NCBI GenBank assembly: GCA_051362555.1
Contig: CM120641.1
Location: 5,828,001 to 5,892,000 of the forward strand
DNA length: 64,000 bases
Reading direction: 5' to 3'
From: Lingula anatina
Lineage: Eukaryota; Animalia; Brachiopoda
Shown in pieces: positions 11,455 to 23,281 of this stretch. The translations under genes and the position numbers were made by a program. Numbering within the stretch: the stretch's first letter is position 1; the number at the start of each line of letters is the position of its first letter. The notes below the pieces were generated by a model. The model searched no databases, had not been told where the DNA came from, and saw nothing but the letters and a program-made list of their open reading frames with translations.

Positions 11455-14400
11455 ATGGCGAAACAGTACGATGTACTGTACAAAGTACTTCTTGTCGGAG
11501 ATTCAGGTGTTGGGAAAACGTGCTTGATATGTAGGTTCGCTGAGGATGAATTTCATAATGACCATCTCTCTACAATCGGTGAGTATACATATGTACTTTA
11601 AGTAAAACACACTTGCACTCCACTTTTGCTTTGCTGATTTTCTGGTTTCGGTTTCACAGAAATAGTGCAGCTACAGTGTTTTTCGTTTTGACTAAGCACA
11701 TTGGACTTACACATATACAGTACCTTTACAGTATGTGGGTCAAATAAGAACTTAAAGAAACACATAAATTTTGATGTACATGTACTGTACCGTTACCGGT
11801 AAATCATTTCCATGTTCATATACAGGTAAGTTCCATTCATTTTTGGTGCCGGATACATATAACATGTGACTGTTCATATAACAGTTAAATTTATATTCCC
11901 CTATTTTCTGGTGAACTGACAATTAAAAAATACAATCGATGACAATGGGCAACCTGTTAATTTGATTGGTTTAATATTTTGCAGAATCGCAGTTGCTTCT
12001 ATGGTATATTGTTATCTAACTTCATGAGTGTACTGGTAAATGCAAATTTAGATGTTTGGGGACTTGGAAGTGGAGGGGGAGAAACATTGCAAGAAACTTG
12101 GAAAAACAGATTGTGCTTTATGTGTACATCACTGAAAAAACACTCTATATGGGAGCCTCTTTAAAAAGCAAATGCCATTATAATCAGATAAACAGGTCAT
12201 GTAAATATTTAATAGACTTTCCTTAAATCTGGAGAGCTAGTTTTATGTGGTTGTTTTTCTTTTCATACATCACAAAACCCAGCTTCGATGTATGCTTTTT
12301 AAGTAAACCTTGTCTACCTTATGGTTTTCTTTCTCTATTCTGATTACCTGCCGTCTGTACATAAATATGGCCCGAGTCTTGAACACAAACACATACTGAC
12401 TTAAAAAGAGCTGTGCATTTAATATTTGAGTGGTTAGATATCATTCACGAGGAAAAATAATCCCCCATTAATATGGCACTTAGTCTGGGTTGTTCATCTT
12501 AATGATATTGTGCCTGTGGTTTTGATAAAAAAAACTATCCATTCTAGACTGTTATGTCTATAGTTCCATTCCATTTGATGCATTGCTTACTGGATATGAC
12601 TAAGTTGATTCAGATTTCCAAGTCAAGTTACAGCATATAGCAATTATTTGTAAAATGACAACAACAACAACTTTTACCAACTTAAAATGAGAAGGGGGAG
12701 GGAGGGTAAGGTATCAGTAAACTGGTAAATGGTACCTGTCTATATATTCTCAGAGGTGAAAAGCAATTCATGACACCATAATGATTACACAATCTAATCA
12801 TTGTAACCTGTCTTGAATTGACGTGTTGACTATGCACATCATTTTCATTATTGATAAATTATATGAAGGAAGTCTGGGTAATAGCATTTTAAGGTATGGT
12901 TTTCTATTGTGGTTGCCTTAAGGTATATTAAATGATTTGATGAAACTAAGAAAAAAATCATATATTAGGATATACAACTGTACTTTGCATATAAATCCTT
13001 TAAGTCATCTGTGCACTGTGTTATATTTTATGATCCTTAATAGCAAGGGTAATCAGCAAGTTAAATTATGCATGTATTTCTATAATCATGCCAATGACAA
13101 TGATTGAAAGAATTGTTCATTTGTTCGGAATTATAAGTACTCTGCATTCAGTGTAAAGCCATGTTTGACCCCATGACAGTGCCAGGGAAGTAGTCCACAG
13201 ATAGTTCCATGTTCCATGTTGCCTAAATTATAATCAAGAAGCACTCTGTAGACAGGTTCAGCAGGCTTACTTTGCCCTAAGGATGGTGACATGTAAATTG
13301 GGGTCACCAAAACAGTGACACAATGAAAATCAGACCACAGCAGATGTTCCCATTATAACTTTATTTTTCTCTTTAGATAAGTTTGATCCCCCCCCCCCTA
13401 AAAAAAAATAAATAAAAATAATAACAAAAATCAGTTACAACTGAAAGGAAAAAAGTGAAATAAAATTTCTTATATCTAAACAATAAACACAGGTCATCTG
13501 AAATATTGTATTGACTGTGGTTTTCATAGTTGTTGGCCTTTAAAAGGCCAGTTTTTGTGGTTTTGGCATTTAAAAAGAAAAAAAAAGAGTAGCCTGACAC
13601 TTAAATGGGATGATCTATCTGTTGGTGCCAAGTGTCTAATTTCAAGATAGAGGAATTTCCACTTTTAATTCTAGTTTGGCACAGGTGTCATCCTAGTCCA
13701 GAAGAAATCTATTGCATTTGTAACATTCCTGCATGCAATGTAATTGATTTGCTGTGTCGTAGGTTAGAAAGTCACCTCCATGAACTGTAAACAGAGCTTG
13801 TGTCATAAAATGGGCACCATCTGTTGTTTAAATTAGTGATGTATAATTGCATTTTAAAACATGACCAGATGGTATCATGCCACATAGTTTGTGTGGTAAG
13901 ATGCATATTTTAAAAAAAAAAGAGCCTGTTTTATTTGAATACAAGGCTGGCACACACTAAATTAAAGGGATAATAACTCTTCGTTTTGGCCAAAAAATGA
14001 ATTTTCCTGGAGTAAACAACAATTTTCCCATACTTACCAATGGTTAATGAATCCATTTTTACATTCAAATTTAGTCCCTGGTTTTTTTCTAAAAAGTTTG
14101 TTTTTTTGTTAAAATCTCTTAAGAGATTTTAACAGAGTATAGCCATCAATGGAGGTCACGTGGTCTAAAGACAAGCTCAGATATCAGAATAATAGCTATA
14201 ACTGCCGTTTTTGTGGTAAAACAGAATATATTATATTTCTATGAGTTATTCACAATGTTTTTATTGTAAAATATAGATCTCATACGAAGAGTTATTATCC
14301 CTTTAATATAGCAACAGGTACCCGTTGCACCAAGTTATCTCCACAGCTGGTGAACAATAATAAATGTGACACTAGAAAACAATGATTTACTGCTTGAAAT

Positions 14401-17400
14401 GTCACAAATACAGAATAGGATCTGAAGGTTGAAAATTGTGTGTATGGCTTTTATTTTATACTGCAAATACAAATACTGCACAAGTATTGGCAAGATATGT
14501 TATTGACCTTCAATTATTGATACCAAAACTACAGAAGTATTTGCCTTAATTGTTGTTGATTTAAGTCGGAGGTCACATTAAAGAGGCTGTTTCTTGTCTT
14601 TATTTGAATGTTGGAGTCAAGCTAAAAGTTGTTTTTACAATTTGCTTTGACTGGTCTGTCAATATGTACATTGTTGACTGTCAAAATCTAGTGTTTACCA
14701 AGTGAGAAGTCAACCTTATATGGCACTGTTTATTTATAGCCAAAAAGTACAATAGACACGGATCCAATCTTGCAGTTACTTTTAGTTTAACTTAGGTTAT
14801 GTGTTTGTCTGGATATGCAACTTATTTAAATTTTTTGCAAAAATTGATCTACAATGGTGACTTTTTTCGGGTAGGATGTTGTACCAATCTGAGTAACAAT
14901 AATACTACAAAACCACCTATTAACTCTGCGTTTTGGACTCCTTATAGCTGTTCCATACATCTCCTAGTCACTATTTATTCAGTCTTGTTGCAAATGAATC
15001 TTGATCTTAAAGCTAGCTTTTTGCCACTTTGATGAACCACAGGTATGTGATCCTTCAGCTTTTCAATGTACGTTAACATTTCAGCAAGTTCATGCACTAA
15101 ACTTTATTCTTTTATTCTCTCAGGGATTGATTTCAAGCTCCGGACCATTCTGTCTGATGACCTCAAAGTCAGAATTCAAGTTTGGTGAGTTAAAGGTCCA
15201 TTTTATGTCGGTCTACTTAGATTACATGATTTTCTGCACTCGTATGAGGCAAAGAAATGTCAGTATGTCGCAACATTTTGCATTGAATGTCTGCTTTCTT
15301 CCCCATTAAGGGTGCACAGATTTATCAATGAGTACAGTGGACAAAGTTATCTTAGAGACTATTAGCTGTAGCTTCTCTTTTCTTCTGTTTTGTTAAACTT
15401 TATGATGCTTGGACCCTTTCATTTATTAAGTACCACCATAAAAATGATGTTATTTACAGCACCAGTGTCATACTATAAGCCTGTACATTCATATTCCAAG
15501 TTTTCCATAAAATACACAGGCATTATCTGGGGTAGCGCTAGCAATTTTTTTCGCTTAGCCATATCACCACACTTTTGTCAATTTGTTATCAAAATGGTTA
15601 TAATTTGGCTAAAACATGTCAAATATAGCCCTTTTTCTTTAGCCAATTTCAGTCAGTTTTAGCATTTGGCTAAATTGGCGAGTGTTAGCGCTACCCCAGC
15701 ATTATAATAATTATTTGTCTTATTTTTTCAGGGATACAGCTGGACAAGAACGCTATGAGACTATTACAAAACAGTATTATAGGCGAGCACAGGTACAGGG
15801 TATAAGCACCACTTAAAAGACTGTTTTTTAAACATCTGTTACATTTATAAGAAAATTGCATCTGTTAAATTCTTATTAAAAGTGCATCATCTTACTTTGA
15901 AATTGAATAATTTAAGTGACTGAGTTAAATTTTTAAGTACATTTAACACATATCTGGTATTGGGTTGAAATGTATGTGTAAATGAGCACTGAATAAGTAT
16001 ATTAACTTTTCCAGGGCGTTTTCTTGGTGTATGACATTACCAATCCTACTTCATTTTATAACATTACCAAATGGTTAAACTTCACACGGGAGGTGAGTGG
16101 AAATCAAATAGAATGGTAAAATGATAAGTCAGCCCAACCCAACACATTCCTGGAAATATGACTTTAGAGGATGTTAGCTGTTTGTGATGTATGCTATTCT
16201 GAAAAATGCAGAAAATTGCTCTAAGATCTGCTGCTACAATGAAGGGTTTGCTATTATGAAGGGTTCACTAGGACAATGGTTCAATATTCTTAAAAAGGAT
16301 ATTTAGGCAAAGCATGCTTTAGTTGTGTAATCGGGGAGTGTACTGACATCCTTGCCAAAGAAACGTATTGAAGGAGGCTCTCTTTTATTTGCATTTTTCG
16401 CGATCCGTGCAGATTTCACACATGAGTAATTCTTTAAGATAACAACTAAGAATTAAACTTAGCGCAACATAATGTGAAACTCACCCTCCTATTAAAACAT
16501 TTTTATGCATATTGAGTATTTTAGTGAAGAACAATGCAGTTTTTACAAAATCATTACCCACTGGCAAATTGTGTACTGTACTTTGTTGGCTATCTTTGGT
16601 TCTCTCTGTACCTTTACGCATATTTCAGAATAGCAAATCCTTATCATAGCCAACCTTTTTGAGAATATATGTAAAGGAGATCATAAAGATATCTTCACAG
16701 TCTTAATTATTTATTTTTCAGAGTCACTGATATTTAAACCTCTGAGTGAAAATCATTTGATCTCGTATCTCTTTCCAGTTTGCTGACAGCAATGTTAGTG
16801 TAATGCTACTCGGCAATAAAAGTGATAAAGCAAAGAGAAGAAAAGTGACCAGAGAGCAGGGAATTAGGGTTAGTAATCATATTAAAAAGTTGTGAAGAAG
16901 AAGGAAAGAATCTTGATCATTTCAATAAATTTATATAAACAACTTAGACAGGAAGGTACTGTCCCCCAGCATAGCAAATATATTTGGTGGCTTTTGTTGA
17001 TTGCTATTTAATAGTTACAGATGTTTATTAGAGATGCTCAGTAAGTGATATCATTGATCTTTTCACAGCTTGCCAGGGACCTGAATATAGAATTCTGTGA
17101 AACAAGTGCCAAATCAAGGGAGAATATTGATCTGGTAAGAGTTTTCTTTACTATGCTTGGGTTGTACACAATGTAACCCACATAAATTTTCCTTATTGTG
17201 TGGTATGCCGTAATTTTGTATGCTCTCACATGTATAATTTTTGTAATGATTGAATCATATATAATGTTTTAAAATTTGCTTAGAATCATCATGGCATTTT
17301 TACGATATGATTTTAAGATCTTAACCAAGAAGTTTTCCTGATTGATATATTTTGTATTTTTTAATATAGTTTTGCCATGAATGAGTGTGTCTTTGATAGG

Positions 17401-20400
17401 CTTTGAGAAATGAGTGGTTTATTGTACCACCAGCGTAGGCGCTGGCGGTACACATGGTTTTAGTCCCGACCCGTATGTTCCGCCGGCTCCTGCGGCTCCT
17501 GCCGCTCCGCCGGCTCCTGCGGCTCCGCCGCCAAGTCACCGTTACCGCTTCTCCTCCTAGACGGTAAGGGCCTCCATACCCATCTCTTGGATTTAGGTCA
17601 CCTATAATCTCAACTCGTTCCACGTAAAATTTGGGCTTTGTCGGTATTGGGGTCTAGGTGTGGCACTCATTGCAATGCACCCTTGTCCAAAAATGGCAAA
17701 ATTAAATGCTAATTATCTCCCCTACGGAAGGAATTATGGGAAAAATTTCTACAGATAGCTTTCCAAAAGTCATATGTGTAGATTTCATATATGCCCTTGG
17801 ATTTGACCTTTGACCTTTATTTCAAGGTCAAACAGGCCAAAATTTTCAAAAAAACAAAATTTTTGCCGAAAAAAAAATTATTTGCGGCCTTATTCAGATA
17901 CCACACAGACTTAACTAATAATATTAATGGAAAGTGTTACCCTTCGGGTCATCTTTCATCTCCGTGAATTTGGGGTCAATCGGTGCATTTTCACGGGAGT
18001 AGCGTCCATAAGATATCAAAACTTAAAACTGTCTCTAATTTGGGAACCGTTAATGCTAGACACCCATTCTTTTTTGCATTTTGTAGAGCATGTAAAGCCC
18101 AACACTGGGGGTGGTCTCCGTTTTTTTGTATTCCATACCGTTTTCGAGTTACGCTGTATCAAAAAGTACATACTGGTGGTGAAAGCAAAATGTGCAGTAC
18201 GGTAATGGATAATAAATTTTGAACTCCAGAAAAATAAAACATAAGGCTTGGCAAAGCAGACAACTAGTGGTCAAAAATGACATTATTTCATCAAATTTGA
18301 ACATCTGGAACTTCAGAGCACCTCCCATTTTAAGAATTTTGACCAAAATGACCTTTTCTTTATTTTAATTAATTTTTTCTGTAGGAAATTTATGGCACAT
18401 TATGGTAACTCCAAAATTATAACATTTAGTCCCTTATATCTCCAAAACTGGCAGAGATAGGTCCATAGTTTCTATTGAACTTGAATAGGAAGTCATATAC
18501 TGGTAATCTAAATGTGACCTTAAAATTGACCTTTGACCTACTTTTCACCATGAACTGAACTTTGCAAACTTTGCTTCCCTTTTATCTCCAAAACTGGCAG
18601 AGATAGGTCCATAGTTACTATTGAAGTTGAATAGGAAGTCATATACTGGCAATCTAAATGTGACCTTAAAATTGACCTTTGACCTACTTTTCACCATGAA
18701 CTGAACATTGCAAATTTTGCTTCCCTTTTTTCTCCAAACCTGGCAGAGATAGGTCCATAGTTTCTATTGAACTTGAATAGGAAGTCATATACTGGCAATC
18801 TAAATGTGACCTTAAAATTGACCTTTGACCTACTTTTCACCATGAACTGAACTTTGCAAATTTTGCTTCCCTTTTATCTCCAAAACTGGCAGAGATAGGT
18901 CCATAGTCTCTATTGAACTTGAATAGGAAGTTATATACTGGCAATCTACATGTGACCTTAAAATTGACCTTTGACCTACTTTTCACCATGAATTGAACTT
19001 TGCAAATTTTGCTTCCCTTTTATCTCCAAAACTGGCAGAGATAGGTCCATAGTTACTATTGAAGTTGAATAGGAAGTCATATACTGGCAATCTAAATGTG
19101 ACCTTAAAATTGACCTTTGACCTACTTTTCACCATGAACTGAACTTTGCAAATTTTGCTTCCCTTTTATCTCCAAAACTGGCAGAGATAGGTCCATAGTT
19201 ACTATTGAAGTTGAATAGGAAGTCATATACTGGCAATCTAAATGTGACCTTAAAATTGACCTTTGACCTACTTTTCACCATGAACTGAACTTTGCAAATT
19301 TTGCTTCCCTTTTATCTCCAAAACTGGCAGAGATAGGTCCATAGTCTCTATTGAACTTGAATAGGAAGTTATATACTGGCAATCTACATGTGACCTTAAA
19401 ATTGACCTTTGACCTACTTTTCACCATGAATTGAACTTTGCAAATTTTGCTTCCCTTTTATCTCCAAAACTGGCAGAGATAGGTCCATAGTTACTATTGA
19501 AGTTGAATAGGAAGACATATACTGGCAATCTAAATGTGACCTTAAAATTGACCTTTGACCTACTTTTCACCATGAACTGAACTTTGCAAATTTTGCTTCC
19601 CTTTTATCTCCAAAACTGGCAGAGATAGGTCCATAGTCTCTATTGAAGTTGAATAGGAAGTCATATACTGGCAATCTAAAAGTGACCTTAAAATTGACCT
19701 TTGACCTACTTTTCACCATGAACTGAACTTTGCATATTTTGCTTCCCCTTTATCTCCAAAACTGGCAGAGATAGGTCCATAGGTCCATAGTTACTATTGA
19801 ACGTGAATAGGAAGTCATATACTGGCAATCTAAGTGTGACCTTGAAATTGACCTTTGACCTACTTATTATCATGAACTGAACTCTGCTAATTTCTTTCTC
19901 TTTTAACTCCAAACCTGGCAGAGATAGGCCCATAGTTACTATTGAAGTTGAATAGGAAGTCATATACTGGCAATTTACTGTGACCTTGGAATTGACCTTT
20001 GACCTACGTTACGATGAACTTAACTTTGATTGTACCATTTTTAGTTATATATATATTTTTTGCATATTTTGAAAATTCTTGTTGATTGCATTTTTACAGC
20101 TTGGCAAGCACAAGACTGGTGGCTGTGTTCCTTATTTTGTATATGTGGGGGTCTATACGAATGCGCTTGCTCCAGCTGGTGGTACAATATTCGGAGGCGG
20201 TATCGCCTCTCTGATCCTCTAGTTGGAATAAATATATTATATATATTTTAATTATAATGTTTAATGTTACACCTTGTTCCAACTCCTAAATTGAAATGTA
20301 TTCTTTGTTAATTTCTTTCATATTAAATTTTATCTTACTGTAGGCCTTTGCAAGTCTCGCACAACAAATTACCAAGTGTCAAAAGGCTCGTGAGACTGTT

Positions 20401-20499
20401 TGTGTAGATCTGGACATGTACACGATTACAAACGACACTAGTCAGCTGATACAGAATGAATCTGAAGGGAAGAATAATTGGTGCTGTGTTATATTGTGA
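11455..20499 (+). CDS. RAB15: Rab15-like small GTPase (Rab8/10/13/15 group), 7 exons, 211 aa
   Basis: Exons 11455-11578, 15124-15184, 15732-15792, 16015-16092, 16779-16868, 17069-17134, 20344-20499; all GT-AG and in phase. Protein: [28 protein letters not shown]...STIGIDFK...[24 protein letters not shown]...GNKSD...ETSAK...[14 protein letters not shown] and [12 protein letters not shown] match Rab15. Confidence 0.88.
13966..14302. mobile_element. Kolobok-like MITE, copy 1
   Basis: TTAA|AGGGATAATAACTCTTCG ... CGAAGAGTTATTATCCCT|TTAA: TTAA TSD and purine-purine termini. A near-identical copy is at 49674-50014. Confidence 0.85.
15527..15699. mobile_element. 173-bp MITE with a 6-bp TSD (CATTAT)
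   Basis: CATTAT|CTGGGGTAGCGCTA ... TAGCGCTACCCCAG|CATTAT; internal TTAGCC/GGCTAA repeats. Confidence 0.85.
17418..20224 (+). mobile_element. Non-autonomous Helentron-type element (HINE/MINE-2-like) with internal satellite, in Rab15 intron 6
   Basis: 5' subTIR ATTGTACCACCAGC (17421-17434) with a local inverted copy at 17441-17452. 9-bp microsatellite-like block at 17481-17532. 146-bp tandem array. 3' subTIR GCTGGTGGTACAAT (20175-20188), hairpin GAGGCG-GTAT-CGCCTC (20194-20209), CTAGTT end. Confidence 0.85.
18437..20030. repeat. Tandem array of about 11 x 146-bp units
   Basis: Unit starts (TATCTCCAAAACTGGCAGAGATAGG or variant) at 18437, 18583, 18729, 18875, 19021, 19167, 19313, 19459, 19605, 19751 and about 19906. 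Each unit contains TGACCTTTGACCT. Confidence 0.97.
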
Positions 20500-23281
20500 T
20501 ATAGAGGATAATATTTATTTTATGATGTAGGACAGTTGTATTCAATGTGGCAAAAGGACACCTTTGACAAGAGAGGTTGAAAAGAAGTTGCATTTTTAAC
20601 AGCATTCCTGACAGAGTTGGCTATGAAAATTTGGGGTAAATCTGTTTCAGAATCTTTTTTTTTTTTTTTATGATATATCAATTATGTTGGCTGTACTTAA
20701 TAAGAAAGTAGTAAAGTTGAATAATTTTAAAACATTTCAATAAGAAATATTAAAGCTGAGATAACAGTCATTTCAAATGTAAAAATAAGCAAGACTTTAT
20801 AGTAAGACATGTATGGTTCAAGCAAGTAGATAAGCCTAAAAGTCTTTTCTTTTTGCCAGCATGAGGGCTTTTTATCTCTGAAATTGCTGTCTTGTGATGG
20901 TATTGAATAAACCTCAGCTGACTCTAAACTGATTTTATCTCTCCGTGAAAGTTCTCTTCAAAAGTTGCCAAAATCTCAAAAACATGACGATTTTCAGTTA
21001 AAGTTTAAAAAACATGTTTCAGATGTTATTCTCTTCACTATTTTTAAATACTCTTTTTGTGAAGGTTGTTAAATAGTTGATAGAATCTCAAAAACATTTT
21101 AATGTTTTGAGAAAGTCATAAATGTAGAAATATATATATAGAAGGTGTTACTTTTAAAAACTATTTTAAAATATGGCTGTGGGGGTTTTGTATCTAAAGG
21201 ATCTGAATCAAATGTGATATTTATTTTTTTATATTAACCAGGTGAGTTGATTATATATTATGATCACTATGCTGTAATTATTGGCATTTGGTGTAGGTTT
21301 AGGCATTGGAGACAGTTGTCTGCTTCCATATTACCAATTGTGCAATTAGACATTGGTGAAGGAATTTGTTAGGGTGGGTCAGAACAATAATTTTTATCAG
21401 AATGAATTATCACTGGGTAGATTATATATAGGACTTATGTTGACTCCCCAGACATTTTATTGTCAAGGGTTGGTCATGAATAAAAACTATTTGTGAGAGT
21501 GGAACATTTTTAGTTAAAAATGGTTTTGAAAAAATGTTGATTGCTTTCAGCTTTATTAAACAACTGCTTAATCAAAATTTATTAGTATTTATGCAAAGCT
21601 TTGGAATGTAGGTATTTGTAAATACTGTGATTTTAGCTGGTGCTTTATATACATAATAATATGAATAGATAGTTGTGAGAATTGATATTTTATTTTTAAA
21701 AGAATCATACCATCTTAAAGATGTATTTATTACTCTCTCTAGCAAGATCAAGTTCAGAAAGTGAGGTTGCTTTTTTCTCTATGCATATTATTGTTATTGT
21801 TTTCTTTTTGTTAAATTGTTATCACTCTTGATAAAATCTGAGAGTTTCATTCCTCAAAAGACATTCTTAACAAAGTTGTGCGTTGGTGAGAGTTTCAGCT
21901 TTTAATAACAAGTGCCAACATTAGTTGAAATGACCGCAAAACTGATTTAATTGCTGAATGTTTCACATTCCATATAATTAAGAAATAAGCTTGTATAAAG
22001 TTTTTTATTAACTTGTTGGTATACACATTACTAGTACAGGCAATATATTAAATTACATATATTTTTTTCTGTATTGTGTAACCAAAATTCTCAGTCTGAC
22101 TTTCAGAGTTAACTGGATACTTTACAATACCCTCTACCACAGATTGGTTTTTCACTAGAAACTCACAGATATGTCTCTTGCTAATTCATGAAAAAAATTC
22201 TACTCCATCGAGAGTTTAGAATTGATGTCATCACTCATTTGGCCTTTAGTATAAATTACAATGTAGATCTACCATCAGTATGCCATTAATGGAAGTGGCA
22301 GGGGCACACTGATACTAGAGGTTTATTCCCAGTTAACTCTAAAACTCGGGTAGAACTTCTCTATTGTAACGGTGTTCATTCTTAATGTAGCACATATACT
22401 CTTATTTGACATATGCTTAAAAGCTAAAGCATACAGCTGATTAATGGATCTCTAACTTTTAGATTACAATTTAAATATGAAGTGCAATTACTAGTTCCTG
22501 CTTTGGTTTTACGTCTAATAAAGGCATAAAAGAGGAAACTTTTTTTTTTCATGATGAAGAATTACACTATGAAGTACCTTAGCACACGTTCTTATATTTT
22601 CCTTTTTTTTTTAAATTTAAAGTTATCTGAAATAATAGTTTAAAGGGTTTGCTTCATGCCGTCAGAATGGCCTGAACGGAATATATTCTTCAGAAAACAT
22701 GCCCAACTAACGATATCTTTATCCAAATACACAAATTAAAAGCTCATTTTGTAAATTTTTGGCTTTAAAAAACGTCCTATTTGCTCGGCCTGGGAGTTAA
22801 TGAGCTACGTGGTCACGTGGTCCAATGACGACAATCGAGCCACTGGAGAACAGAGCGTGCTTAGCTGTCAAACTGAGCTGCATTGTCTACCTGTAAGATG
22901 ACTTCTCTGGCTTCTGATAAAAGTTTATACTCATTCAATCTCTTACCCGAGGGGTCTAAATCCTCGTGAAGCTGTGTAAAACCATTTCCCGTCTGGTCAT
23001 TTCTTTAACAAGCAATTCATTATGGTTATCCCAAGTTGTATAAAACACTGCATTTGAATGAGTTAAGGGAAATGTTGATTATTGCATATGAGGTCCATGT
23101 TATTTGTGAAATTCAATTTATTTTATTAAACCGCTGACACTCCGTCTTGCATACTTTTATTAAACTGAGGTAAACAATGCCCGTTACCTTTACAAGTCCT
23201 ATCTTAATCATCCATCTAACTGGAACTTCCTTTACCTCTTAATTAGAGGGTTAAATGGCATTCAGTTTGTCTTGCTTGTAT

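Noticed and set aside
17321-17623. Arg/Ser-rich, protamine-like ORF
   Set aside because: It arises from translating the 9-bp microsatellite inside the Helentron-type element.
18437-20030. Regular array that could be mistaken for CRISPR
   Set aside because: Units are contiguous with no unique spacers, there are no cas genes, and the context is a eukaryotic intron.
22640-23010. Possible further TTAA-type element starting TTAAAGGGTTTG, with GGTCACGTGGTC
   Set aside because: No matching right terminus could be identified.
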